From: Moniliella sp. 'wahieum'
Lineage: Eukaryota
Direction of reading: 5' to 3'
DNA: 64,000 nt
Assembly: GCA_003971905.1 (NCBI GenBank)
Contig: RSEE01000042.1
Location: forward strand, 62,001 to 126,000
Made by a program: the position numbers and the translations under genes. The notes under the pieces were generated by a model, which was not told where the DNA came from, did no database searches, and saw only the letters and a program-made list of their open reading frames with translations. This document shows positions 1 through 11,479 of this stretch, piece by piece; position 1 is the stretch's first letter; each line of letters opens with the position of its first letter.

Positions 1-85
1 GCCAGCTCCACAGCAAGAGCCGATCGAGCACGCTTCCTGGGCTCGTCAACGAGTGCTGGTGGATCAGCTTCACGCTCACGCTTGG

Positions 86-1800
86 TCACGTCGAGCATGC
101 GCCGGAACTCCGCGCGGGCGATGTCCCTCCCGGGTGTTGTAGGGGACGGTGGGGTGGTAAGGCCCGGCGGTCCGGGTGGGTGGACGCCGCGGAGGAAAGG
201 AGGGGAATGTCACCAGCAATACCATCTTCACCCACTGCTGTGGGATAGGGTTGAGCAAGGGGATCAAGGGATATCACGTACATAATCGTCCTGGAGGCGC
301 GGCTGCTCCTCCAGCCGACCCGACTCTCCTCAGCAAATGCACATCGTAAACTGTCACGATACGGTCCAACACCTCGACCCAAACACGTGACCTTTGACTT
401 GGCCCGGCAGGTCACTGTAACCCAGGTACACCCCTCGAACGGCACGTGGAGCGAGGTATTTGCCGCTGAGTTCACTAGCTTGTGTCCAGGCACGTCGATT
501 CCCACCATGCAGCACAACCCAAGCAGTGCAACCAAACACCCGCAGAGCAGACAGAGTGGGGGGTTGGCCCGTCCACAGTTCATACGGCGTCTTCCAGGCA
601 TGCGCTTTGCTGGCGAGGCGGTTGTGAATGTATCCGGCGTGCGTCGCAGCATAGGGCCAAAACCGCCCGGCAACTGGGCGTGGTGCATGAGACAACGGGA
701 CAACTTCTCAATCTCTTGGTTCATTCGCTCTGCGACGGCGTTCCCTGTGGATTCTTGAGTAGGAGAAGCTGTCAAAAGGCAACCTGAACGAGCAGCCCAT
801 GTCTTGACCTCATTAGTCCATAATTCGCCTTGGTCCACACGTAATTCTTTTGGATGTTTTTCTGTTTCGCGATGAATTAAGGTAGCCCACTGAATGAGGC
901 AGGGTGCAGCACTGGCCTTGTCCTTCAACGGCCAGACCCAGGTCATGCCACTGTAATTGTCCACCACGACAAGAATGTAGTGCCAAGGTACCTTGTGCTG
1001 CAAAGCATCTGGCTCATTCCAAGGGCCCACCACATCGGCTGACACCAGGTCGAGGCGGGCCAAGATGAGACGAGAATCATTCCCCCGCCGGGCTCGCGAC
1101 TTGGCAGTACGGCAAACATCGCAGGAAGAAAACTCAGGAAACGAAGGCGGCCAAGATCCCCCTTTGCTGGCCGTAGACGTGTGTTTCACGGCCTCAGCGC
1201 CGGCATGGCCAAGCCGAAGGTGCCACAACCAAGCTGACGCGCGCGTCAAGTCGGGGGCTGGGTCTCAGCTACAGGCCGAGGAAAGAGTTTGTCCCGCAAC
1301 TGGTCATCAGGATCATTCAAAGAGTCATCCTCAGTCTCCGATAGAATAGGGAACGCTAATACTGCACCGTCCACCTGGCAGTCATCCGTGCACACTACCA
1401 TTTCCGCTCTGGGGTAGGTGCCCTTCAGTGGAACCCCGAGGGAAGTGCCATTCTTGGTGAAAAACACCACCTCATGGTCCCGAAATAGCGTACTCCCACC
1501 CGTGGCTGCCACTCCTTGGGTACTGAGGAGATTAGTAATGAGGTCAGGTACCAGCATAACCCCATTGAAGTGAAGCGCCTCCCACTTGCGCTGGGATGGA
1601 TCATATTGTAGGAGGCGTAAGGTGCCATTCACCCCAGCGACCGGCAGTTTCTGCCCCCTGCAGTGACTACCGAGGTGGGACGGGAGGGAGGCACGAAGTT
1701 TTTCGCCAAGCTTGCATCATTGACAAGGCGATGGGAGGCTCCGCTGTCAAAGATAAATTCAGCCGAGCGAGGTGTGGAGCAAGGTGGAGATGGGATGTTG
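86..1800 (-). CDS. pol: Copia Pol N-terminal part: aspartic protease and integrase (frameshifted in this sequence)
   Basis: AEFIFDSGASHRLVND at ~1763-1716; LWHLRLGH...CDVC; LDLVSADVVGP, VVDNYS, LRVDQGE, NAVAERMNQ; FWPYAATHAGYIHNR and LRVFGC in the shifted frame 354-695. Confidence 0.92.
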
Positions 1801-1907
1801 TTGTAGAAGAAGAAGGGGGGGAAAGAAGGGGCGCGGTGGGCGAGTGATAAACAATGCGCTCAACAAGTCCTCTGCGAGGATAATGAGCGCCTCACCCCGC
1901 GCGACCC

Positions 1908-3035
1908 CTATTCGATATCATCAAACCCCGCGGCAGGCTGCCCATCCTCCTCTGAGACGGAGAGGTCCATTACCGTTAAGCCGTGCGCCAAGGCTTGAAG
2001 CACACGCGCAACAGCATGCTGCTGTGGGGGCGCACGGTTGGTATTCGTGTTCCGTCCTGCCCCAGGGAGGGTGCGATTCCATCCTGACGTACCACGGGTA
2101 GAAATGCGGTTGTCCTGACGCGGCGCCGGGCAGTTGGCAGCGATATGTCCAGGCTGGCGGCAATTCCAGCAGACAGCCGCAACCCCCATCGCTCGTAGCT
2201 GCGCTGCCAGAGACATGTCTGCGTTCCCAAGCAGTCCCGTGGTCCCCGAATTAACGGGAGGGGTAGAGACATCAACAGCCAAAGATTCAACCGTAGGTAC
2301 CGAGATGGACGCAATCCGGTTAGATTCCATGACGAAGTTGGCCCGGGCCAACGACTGCAAGTCCCCCAAGACAGAATTGACGTGTGCCACGGTCACACGC
2401 TGTCCGGGAGGTAGCCCCGCGAAAATCAGCGGCCGATACGAATCACCACGCCGGAAAAGGGCTTCCAAACTGGACATCACACGTGCAGGGTCCCAGGTGG
2501 AGTACCCCAAGAGGGTCAGAACTTGGATGGAATCGAGCCAGCGCGTCAGGGCCTTAGAAGCCGGTTCTGCATTGGGATCCCATTCCGTCTGGTGCACCGA
2601 CAGCTGTAGTTCAGAGACGCTGGGCGTAGAAAGACGTACTTCCGCGAACAAGCACGACAAGAAGTCCGGAACCGAGTCAAGAATCCCGGGAGACGTTGTG
2701 GTCGCGAGGCGCGAAATGTAGGACGCGAGGGCAGGCGACACCAGCGTCATCAGTTGCGCAACGATCTGAGAGTGCACCCCCGGCGGCACCTCCATTGTTC
2801 CGGCCAAGATCGAAGCAAAGTCGTGATAAATGATGGCCAAACGAGTACGGAGGCCCTGCAGCCAGCGAAGAACAGCCAACGGGTCATTTTGCTCGGGACC
2901 ATGCACCAGAGGTGTCAGAGGCGAGGAAGCAAAAGCACGCGTCATACGCTTCGCCAATGTCATAACATCGAAATTCATGTGTCCCTGGACTAGACGCGGT
3001 GCATCCACCCACTTGGGCTGCTCCTCGATAGTCAC
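1908..3035 (-). CDS. gag: Copia Gag with CCHC zinc knuckle
   Basis: CWNCRQPGHIAANC knuckle near the C-terminus of a 375-aa ORF upstream of the protease. Confidence 0.9.
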   Translation of the reverse strand: MTIEEQPKWVDAPRLVQGHMNFDVMTLAKRMTRAFASSPLTPLVHGPEQNDPLAVLRWLQGLRTRLAIIYHDFASILAGTMEVPPGVHSQIVAQLMTLVSPALASYISRLATTTSPGILDSVPDFLSCLFAEVRLSTPSVSELQLSVHQTEWDPNAEPASKALTRWLDSIQVLTLLGYSTWDPARVMSSLEALFRRGDSYRPLIFAGLPPGQRVTVAHVNSVLGDLQSLARANFVMESNRIASISVPTVESLAVDVSTPPVNSGTTGLLGNADMSLAAQLRAMGVAAVCWNCRQPGHIAANCPAPRQDNRISTRGTSGWNRTLPGAGRNTNTNRAPPQQHAVARVLQALAHGLTVMDLSVSEEDGQPAAGFDDIE

Positions 3036-3841
3036 CGTGCGAGCAGACGGGGCCCCTCGCTGATACGCTCCACAGAAGGGACGGTCACCGACGGCAAAGC
3101 AGCCGACGGGTCATGAGCAAAAGCCATACCACTGTCAGTCGGAACAGAACCTTTCGGGGTGCCCAACAGGTCAATACGGTGCACTGACTCAGTACTGACT
3201 CGAGCGGTCAGAAGCTGAAGTTCATCGTCAGATTCGGTAGTTGGAGCTGGGTCCTCTGGGTCGAGGAGCATGTCGCGCATGGCACGACGCTTCTGAGCAA
3301 CACGATGTTTGGAAGCCTTATTGTCCTCGTACAGTTTCCAAGCATTACGCACTGCCTTGAGATGGCGAAAGATTGCCTTCTGCAAGTCCTCAAAGGTGGA
3401 GAAGCGATGAGACTTGGTATAAAAGACGTAGGCAACATAGAAGTCGGTCGGTGTGAGCAAGAAGTTTTCGCCACCATGGCCCTTATTGTAGTCGGTAATG
3501 ATATCAGCCACAATAGAGTCCTTGTCTGCCACTGCAGAACCAGGGGCCGGGGAGGCTATGCCCTTCCCCGGGATACCCCAGCGGCGAATGGTAGGAATGA
3601 CGTCCTGGATGAAATCGGCAGCGACATCCACGTCAACGTCCCACAGGATGGTGTTCAGTCCAGACCAAGCACCAATCGTGTGCTTGATGCGAAAAGCCGG
3701 CCATTTCGCTGTCTTGCCAGGAGCCATCCCGTCTTGAGAGTTGGGGTTAAACTCGCCACGACGAACATACGCTTCCACAATGTCATCAGGCGAGGAAACC
3801 GGGTGCGCAGAATGCGCAGAGGCAGAAGATAAGGGCGACAT
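3032..3841 (-). CDS. Copia ORF1 or N-terminal part of Gag (269 aa, no recognisable domain)
   Basis: Open frame from the ATG inside the PBS; its TGA overlaps the GTG of the next ORF (GTGA at 3035-3032). Confidence 0.65.
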   Translation of the reverse strand: MSPLSSASAHSAHPVSSPDDIVEAYVRRGEFNPNSQDGMAPGKTAKWPAFRIKHTIGAWSGLNTILWDVDVDVAADFIQDVIPTIRRWGIPGKGIASPAPGSAVADKDSIVADIITDYNKGHGGENFLLTPTDFYVAYVFYTKSHRFSTFEDLQKAIFRHLKAVRNAWKLYEDNKASKHRVAQKRRAMRDMLLDPEDPAPTTESDDELQLLTARVSTESVHRIDLLGTPKGSVPTDSGMAFAHDPSAALPSVTVPSVERISEGPRLLAR

Positions 3842-3845
3842 AACC
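3833..3845 (-). promoter_or_regulatory. Primer-binding site, half-tRNAiMet (Ty5/copia) type
   Basis: Minus strand CA|GGTTATGTCGCCC immediately follows the LTR and resembles the GGTTATGAGCCC internal-tRNAiMet PBS; its ATG starts ORF1. Confidence 0.75.
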
Positions 3846-4088
3846 TGCTAGACTGCAGGGGAAACGCTATGGGCAGCACGAGAGATAAGCTTCAAGGCGT
3901 GCAAGAAGGCAGGGCAGTTAGCCACAAGTCCTTCAAGCAAGCTCAAGGGAAGAAGATAAGAGTCAAGCAAGCAAGTCGGAACAGACAAAGGGGTGGCGTT
4001 GGCCACGCAAGGTTCGAATCACCCGAACCAGCGAGCATCACGATCCATTGGAGAGAGTGCAGGTGAACCCTAGCACTACCCTCTAGCA
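3846..4088 (-). repeat. 5' LTR of the copia element (243 bp)
   Basis: Plus strand reads TGCTAGA...TCTAGCA (7-bp terminal inverted repeat, TG...CA) and directly abuts the PBS. The partner LTR is not in the window. Confidence 0.8.
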
Positions 4089-6284
4089 ACGTGGGGATGG
4101 GTACTCTAACGCCCGGTAAAAGTATTCCCTCTAAGATCTAACGCCCGGTAAAAGTATATACGCCGATGGGCTGTATACCGCGTATACATGGCTCTACGAA
4201 CCATATACTAGTCAAAACACCCTATATGCGCGATTGCGAATCAGGTACATGACACGCACCAAAATCCCTATCGCGCTTCAAGTCCTGTCCAATTTCAGAT
4301 TCTGTGCGTTCTGATTGCCGCTGACCGGTTACCCGTCCTTAGCAGTATAGTAACTGCTCAGTCACTAGTCACTAGTCACTAGCTTCGCAAGAGGTACCAG
4401 GTACCCCCTGGTACCTTCCCGTCGGTCAAAAGCTGGTGTACACACAGGAACCCCCCCACGTCCATTGAATTCCTCATCGTCCAACACTTGTGTGGCGCCA
4501 ATCCCATACCATATACTCCTGTAAATGTGTGTTCACTTGGACGAGCTTTTCTTATACGCACCTCTGCTGTCCTGCACGCCATACGGGATGGCCATTTTCC
4601 GTGGGTCTCTGTTACAGTAGCTGTGCTGCGTTCCTTGGCGCGGACCATTCTAAGCGACTGTGTGCGTGGCGTGGATGGTGCTCTTCGTGATACTCCGTCA
4701 CCATCGCTGGCAACTCCCCCCCCCCCCCCCCCCCGCACTCGAGGTCACTAGAACCACAGAACCAGGCGACTCTCTGGAGAAAAACTGGAACCCAGAAACC
4801 CGCCCGTCACACTGAGGCAATCAAGAGGGCCACATTGGGTTGCGGAAGCTTCCCGAGTCGCTCGCCTTCACAGTTGGACGAAACGAATCGCCGACTGCAA
4901 AATGACGGGGGTACCTGGAGACATTCCCAGTGAATGCAGTTGATGATGTTAATGGTCGTATGAGGGCCACATAAGAACGATTCAGTGTCAATGAGAAGCT
5001 GCGCAACCGGAACAGTTCTATGGTTACAAGATGGCACACGGAGAGGAAACCTACGTGTTCCTGCGCGCGTCAATAACTCAGCACTCATCCGCTTGCATTG
5101 CGTTACGTTCGCTCTGTATTGATCCGACTGGTAAGGAGGATAAGGGGAGGTGAGCCACGGTTCATCTCACGTTCATCTCGACCTTGCAAAAGCGCCCTTG
5201 CCGTCACTGCTGTTGCCGCTGTTGCCGTCGCGTCTATCGTCGAGACCGTCAAAGGATTCGAATTTCAATCCCGACTCTTTGATTCTTGCCCTTGATTGCC
5301 TTGACCTCCTTCTCCTTGGGGGGCTGCATGCGTACGGTGTAGCACACCCTCACGTCCACATTTCCTTGGGAACCTGAAGGATGTCTTGGGAAATCAAATT
5401 GCACTGCAGGATGACGCCAAAGAAGGTGACACAGATGGCCAAGACCTCTTGCCTGAGCGCAGAAGGATCGGATCTTCAAACTACTCTCCTCGTCAACAGC
5501 TGACCGTATATGTATACCAACACTACGTCCCCATACTCCACTAGTTTTGCTCTGATGCATGATGCATTCCATTTGGAGCGGGGAGGCTGGAGTTGGGCGC
5601 TGGTACGGTCTCTCCCGGCCTCCCAATGTCACATGCGAGGCCAGGAGCAGTCCAGCCCAACGGTTCTGGATTCACGATCGTCCTGAAGAAAAAGGTTGTA
5701 TTCTAGCTCCATTGATTTTTTCACTGAACTCTTGGATTGGCGATCCTTTCCCTCTCTCCCCCGCCCTGGTTCACTTCCACCACGCCATGTGCGTGCTCTA
5801 TATACACACAGTATGGGGGTTGGAGGGTGAGGATGCAGAGTAATATTTTTGCAGCATAACACACTGCAGTCGTACGAGCTCACAGTCTGTGCGCGGTCCA
5901 GCCGCATACACAATCGGATTAAGCGGGTGCAGCGCACTTTGACCACTGAGTTTTTCACCAGCAAGTCAAAGTGGGCGGATGCGGGGCGGGGGGGGGGGGG
6001 GGGGGGGGGAACGCTGTAACTTAAGCGGCTGTTGGCTTTTGACGTAAAGAGGGATTGAAGGAGTACGACTGATGGGTCAGGCGCGAGGAGGGCGCCGAAA
6101 GGAAGGACATGAAATCGAGGTGAGGCGGGGAAGGAACGGAAGGAAGGGTAGCACAATATAGATATCGAGTGAGGGGGAAGAATGTATGGAGAGCAGCGCA
6201 CCGGCCCGGGCGCCGAGCACGGAGCGCAAGAACATGAGAGTGCGAAGTGTTGATGGGCCTGGGCTAGCCACACCATACACAGAT

Positions 6285-8021
6285 TTACGCTGAAGGCCGC
6301 GCGTTGTGGGCCATCTTGTCAAACGCAGCATAAATGTTCTTGACCCGGTTTGCATTGATGTGCGCCGAGACGGAAGCCACACTGGCAGATGAAGCGCTTG
6401 CCACCCTTGCCACACTGGCTACACTGGCCACACTTGCCGCACTTACGACAGACGCGAGGGACATACTCGACACACTCGATGCACTGGCTGCCGACACACG
6501 TGCCACCGACGAGGCGGAAGCTATCTTAGCGCTGGCCAGAGAAGCATGCCGTGCCGATTGCGATGCTGCCTTGACGCTAGCTTGCGATGCCGAGGCCATT
6601 TTGGCACTAGCGACCGAAGCATGCGACGCCAAGGCCAACTTGGCACTGATCTGCGAAGATTTCGACGCCTCAGACGCCTCGGACGATTCCGACACTTCCG
6701 ATGCTCGGGACGCAGCGGCGAGAGAAGAAACGATGACCGGTGCTGTCGGTTGCAAACTGCCCCCACTCGCCTGTACGTCCGAGTGCTCGGTGGGACGGGT
6801 GCTAGATGCGTGGCTGAGGGAGTGGGAGGAGGAAGGGGTGGGGGAGGCAGAAGCGGCGGCCTCACTCGCGTGGGCAAGGTGCGAAGCAAGGTGCACAGAG
6901 GAAGCAGAAGCAGAGGCAAGGGTAAGGGAGGAACGTGACGCCGCCGCAACAGCTGCGGCAGAGGCCGATGCTGAAGCTGCTGCCTTGGAGGCAGAGTAGG
7001 ACGAAGCGTGCGCGAGCCAGGCCTGGACCGATGCGTCAGATGAAGCAACCGACGCAGCCGACGCAGCCGACGCAGCGGAAACACGAGAGTGCTGGGCCTT
7101 GAGCTGAGCTGCTTTGGATGCATGCACGGCAGAGGCAGCAGAGCGGGAGGCCTCGGCGGATTGCGCCGCTGCCTCGCTGGCAGATGAGACGGAGGCTACA
7201 GAGGCAGCCGAGATCGCTGCTGAGCGAGAGGAGGCGGGAGAGGTGACGGGATTTCGAAGCTTGGGCAGCGGCAGCAGCGAACTTGGATTTGGATTGCGAG
7301 TCAACCGAGCTGGGGGAAGGCCTGGAGGGATGAGTGGGGTGGGCTGATCCCCCGCCACGGCCGCAGGGGGAGGGTGTGCCGTCGTCAAAAGTCCATTGGA
7401 CAGGGAAGATGCCAATCGAGTGTTGAGCCAGCTCGCCAAACAGGTCGTAGGTCAAGTCAATGTCACACTATGGTCAGAAAAGAGAGCAGGTCAGGACATC
7501 CGCCCCAACAAAGATAGCACGAGAGGGGACAGAGGGAGATAGATACAATGTTGCCGCAGGTGTTGCCCGTTTGCGGACACTGGTCCATAATTTGCGCTTG
7601 GGCCGTCGTGCCGTCGGGGCCGGTGATGGTGATGGGCTTGTAGCACAGGTCGGACGCGCTGATCCCTTGGTTGGCAAAGTGGGCCCAGCCCACTTGGGAC
7701 AAAGCAACGGCAGGCGTGGCATCGGACAAGGTGCGCCCGCAGCTCGAGATGGCGCCGCCCTCGGTGACGGGGTGGTACCACGTCGCCTCGCCGGACCGTT
7801 TGTCGAGACTGCTGCGCTGGGCAAGCGTGTGGTTGGCAAGGTAGGCGTGCCGCCCGACAGCTGGCGGTGCAGACGCCTGGGGCGCGAGCATGGGCAGCGT
7901 GGGCAAGAGCGGCGTGGTGGTGGGCACGTGGCAAGTGCACGTCCTCGCCAGCGAAGGCGGAGGCGGAGGCGACCGCGGCCAGCACACCGGCCACGGTGGA
8001 AAGACGGAGGGAGATGCACAT
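6285..8021 (-). CDS. Secreted RlpA-like double-psi beta-barrel (expansin/loosenin-like) protein with long Ser/Ala-rich tail
   Basis: Signal peptide MCISLRLSTVAGVLAAVASA; KR site then GEATWY..SSCG..AVALS..LCYKPITIT..AQIMDQCP; intron 7546-7468 (GTATCT...CTGAC..CATAG) joins to CDIDLTYDLFGELA..GIFPVQW; ~300 aa of S/A-rich tail. Confidence 0.85.
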
Positions 8022-9692
8022 GGTGCGAAAGAGGGTGGGGCTGGGTTAGCTGAGGACGAAGGAACGTGGAGGGGGGGGTAACAGGGGAAGGGAACGGGAA
8101 AGGAGAAGGAGAAGGGGGGCGAGGGTGGGCAAGCGGAGGGAAAAGAGAGGATGTGTTTGCGGACGCACTGACGGATGCACTAACGGCTAGCTTTTGCCGC
8201 TTCGGGCAGTCACTAGTCACTCCTGAGAGAGTAACACTGTTGATACATGATCGATGCATGATCAGTGGCGGATTGGTGCCTCGCCTGTGACACCTGCCCC
8301 CACACAAGCAGCACAGGCCGACTCACACGCTGTCTGTATCTTGGCGTCTGTGCCTGGCGGGGCGTGGCGGCTGTGTTGCGTGCTGGTCGTTTCCGCTCAT
8401 CGGTCGTCGATCCTCCGGCCGTGCCGGCTGGGCGTGGCGGCCCAAGCGAACACAAACAGCACGAAGCACTCACCGGACTCCCCTCCTGCTGCCGGCGCCC
8501 ACCCGATCGACACGACACATAATACCGGCAGCCGCCGACACGGCCTCTATGCTCCGCTTCCTGATGAGGCACATCATGCATCACCGATCACCACCATCCA
8601 TTGCATCGCCACTGCCTCTGTCCCGCCGGCCTGTACCCACCCACGTGCGTAGCACAAATTTTGCCCCATCTCAGACTCTGCAGCCTCCGCGTGGCAGATC
8701 TCTCGTAGATCCCATCAATGCATCACATGCTTAATGAACATCATTCTCACTTGCAACCCTCCCAGCATGGCCTCGCCTGCAGCTCAGAACGCAACACATA
8801 GTTGATGGCGGGGGCAGTGCTTGATGGCGATGGGTGTGGGTATGAAAACGTGGCCGTGAAGCCAGTTATGTGTCGGTACTGTCGGCTTGATCCGCGGGCC
8901 CAGTAGGACGAAAGTCACGTGGTGACGTGGCGGAGCGAACGATAACGATGGGTGCTGTCCCGGCCTTACTAGCGAGCAGGGCTAAAGGAAGGAGGGGAAT
9001 GGAATAATCAGCTGTTGAGGTATATAGAGGCGACGGCGAGAGAAGAGACTATATAAGGTTGAGCTCAGACGGGCCTATATAGAATGCGAGTGGAATATTG
9101 TGGCAGTGGCATCAGGAGCTGACGCGCTGATGGTGAGCCAATTGGGGATTGTGGCTAGTGGGTAGCCATCGTATGTTTGTATGATCAAGAAAAGGCACTG
9201 CGTATAGCGAGTGCAAAACAGTGTGTGAGCAATAGAGGGAAGATCAACCAAAGGGCGATATTGGACGAGAGCAAAGGAAAGAAAAGCGGGGTTTCAACAC
9301 GACTAAGTGAGAATAAAAGAAGGGGGGTTGTATTGATGCATCCAAGAAAGAAAGAGGCGGAGCAGTAAAGCGATTTGAAACGATGGAATAGGACGAAGAG
9401 AAGGAATTGAAGCAACAAAGGAGGCAGGTGTCGGTAGGTAAATTGAAAGGCGTGTGAACTTAGTTCCTCCACCCCTTCGGAGCAGCAAGAGATATGTGGT
9501 TCGCCTCTCCCTGAATGTTGCAAGGGAGAGGGGTGTCAGATCATGCCATGCTATTGAAGGAGCCCTTGGCCCACTAGGCCGTATAGGCACCATGGCGTGA
9601 TTCCTATCAGTGGGGAGATCCTGTGTCCACCTCTCGACTATGCTCCCTTCCCGAGAAGTTACATATACCTCCAGTCCGTCCATAGGTGTATC

Positions 9693-10554
9693 TGTCACGG
9701 GCGGGCGCCGCCAGGGGCCCGCCCTGGGGTTTTTTGGGGTACAATCCCTTAGGCAACGGTAGGTCGACTCATGGTAGTTTCGGGCTTGGGCTGGTTGGTG
9801 TGTCCGAGCGGAGCTAGGGACGAGGAGAGGCCTTTGGTGGGGCGGCTGCACGTGTGGCAAGGCTGCATCTGCACCGGCTTGGGCCGAGTAACGTGTCTGA
9901 AGCCTCCGGGACTTAGGGACGGAAAGGGCAGAGGGGGACAAACACTGCCTCAATGAGACTGGGATCGACGCGACCAAAGGAGGGCTCGCGCGACTGGACT
10001 GACGAAGGGCTGGAGGACGAGGTCGGAGGAGATGTCGGATGCTAACAAGAGGAGCTGCCTGTACTGGATCAATTGGCTGGAAAACGGGCAGGAGTCGGAC
10101 AGGATAGGGGGAGGGTAGTAGACGGGGGGTTGAGACGAGAGTGGGGACGAGAAAGGAAGGTGGGGGAAAAGATCCCCATCAACCAGGGGTACAGGCAGGA
10201 TCAAAAGGAAAACGGATACAAGAAGGGGTGTAGAAAGGAAGACATGTCAAAAGCGAGGTTGGTCGCCACAGGCGCGACCGAGAAAGGAAACGGAAACGGG
10301 AACGGGACGGCAGACACGCCACAGCACTGGAAGCTCGGTGGCCTTATTTAGGCCGGCCGACTTGGACTTGGGCGGCGGGCGACTACTGTCGCGCGTACGC
10401 ATGGCAACTCGGGCCACCGTACTTAATTTAGCCACCAACCATCATCACACAGTTGGTTGGCCTGCGGTGCACGCTCTACTGGACATGTGCGGAGCAGGCG
10501 GGCCTTAGCTTGGGTCGGACCATCTCATGTCCGCCGCAGCCAGGCTCCGTGACA
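9693..10554 (-). repeat. LTR copy A (probably Ty3/gypsy type, 862 bp)
   Basis: TGTCACGG...CCGTGACA 8-bp terminal inverted repeat; aligns along its length with 14989-15869; PPT-like GAAGAGGAGCGTAA precedes it on the minus strand. Confidence 0.75.
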
Positions 10555-11479
10555 TTACGCTCCTCTTCACAAGGCGTGTCCGCACGCTTCCATGGATGGG
10601 CTTCCCTCTCTCTCAGCAAGGGGAGGGGGTGAAGGAGTGACGCTTACCCGTGCGCACATCTCTCCTTTCCACGGTGATGAAGCAATGATCGCGAGGTATG
10701 CCCTTTTCTCCTTCAATCTTGGGGCATACAATCGGCGTCAAACTCCTTTCGCGCCGACCAAACTTGGAAACGGGGACTGGGTACTTGGATACTCGGCACG
10801 CCCCTCCTTCCTTCGAGCGTCGGCGGCGCGAGTCAACTAACTCTTCTAATTCGCACGCCCCTCCTTCCTTTGAGCGTGGGGGTGCGAGTCAAAGCCATCT
10901 TGAGAGCAGAGAAACCGAGGGGTAGAGGGCGTGTTGGCCCGCCGGCCAATGCTCGCCTCCTTTGAGACTTGGGGGAGAGTACTTACCCTTTTTTCGCCTG
11001 CGTCAACCGTCGGCCAACCCTTTAGGGTTCACGGACTATAGTAACGCTAGTCCTCCTGATCGTTTCAGTTCAGTACCCAGCCTTGCCAACACGAGCCGTA
11101 TCCGAATTGAGAGGCACAACCTTCTTTAGGTCCGTTCGCATCTGTCAGTAGTGTTCGGGCTCGACAACTGAGTAAGTAGCCTGCCTCCGTGAAGAGAAAG
11201 CAGCCCTCCTAAACCATGGTTGGGCTGTGAAGTCCGAGACCGCCTTTGACAGCGGGGCCTGAGGCCAAATCACCTCTAACTTGAAGTCATACTGACTTGA
11301 TCCTCTCTTCGAGAGTGACCGCGTTTATTCGATCGTGTTCGCGCCGCCCCCAGAAGATTTAACGCCCAATTCTGTGATCTGGAGCCCAAACGATACAGGT
11401 AAACCTTCCAGGCGATCAATCATTCGCATCATATGAGTGGCTGCCACGATGAGAGTCCTTCCCTAGGAAAAAAAAAAAA

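Larger units (their letters stand above)
1..4088 (-). mobile_element. Ty1/copia LTR retrotransposon, 5' part (5' LTR, PBS, ORF1/gag, protease, integrase); RT/RNase H and 3' LTR lie outside the window
   Basis: Minus-strand domain order gag (CCHC) - protease (FIFDSGASH) - integrase (HHCC plus DDE core) is the copia order; LTR and PBS are visible upstream. Confidence 0.95.

Noticed and set aside
4011..4030. tRNA-like GGTTCGAATC...CCA
   Set aside because: It lies inside the copia LTR and has no acceptor, D or anticodon stems.
4105..4157. 21-bp direct repeat pair (also the ~43-bp pair at 10793-10893 and 18-bp tandem at 58596-58690) as CRISPR-like arrays
   Set aside because: Only two copies or no unique spacers, eukaryotic context, no cas genes; these are ordinary local duplications.
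4800..5700. Coding-like fragments here and at 16000-17900
   Set aside because: Short, stop-interrupted and with no motif I can recognise; they cannot be assigned without a BLASTx search.
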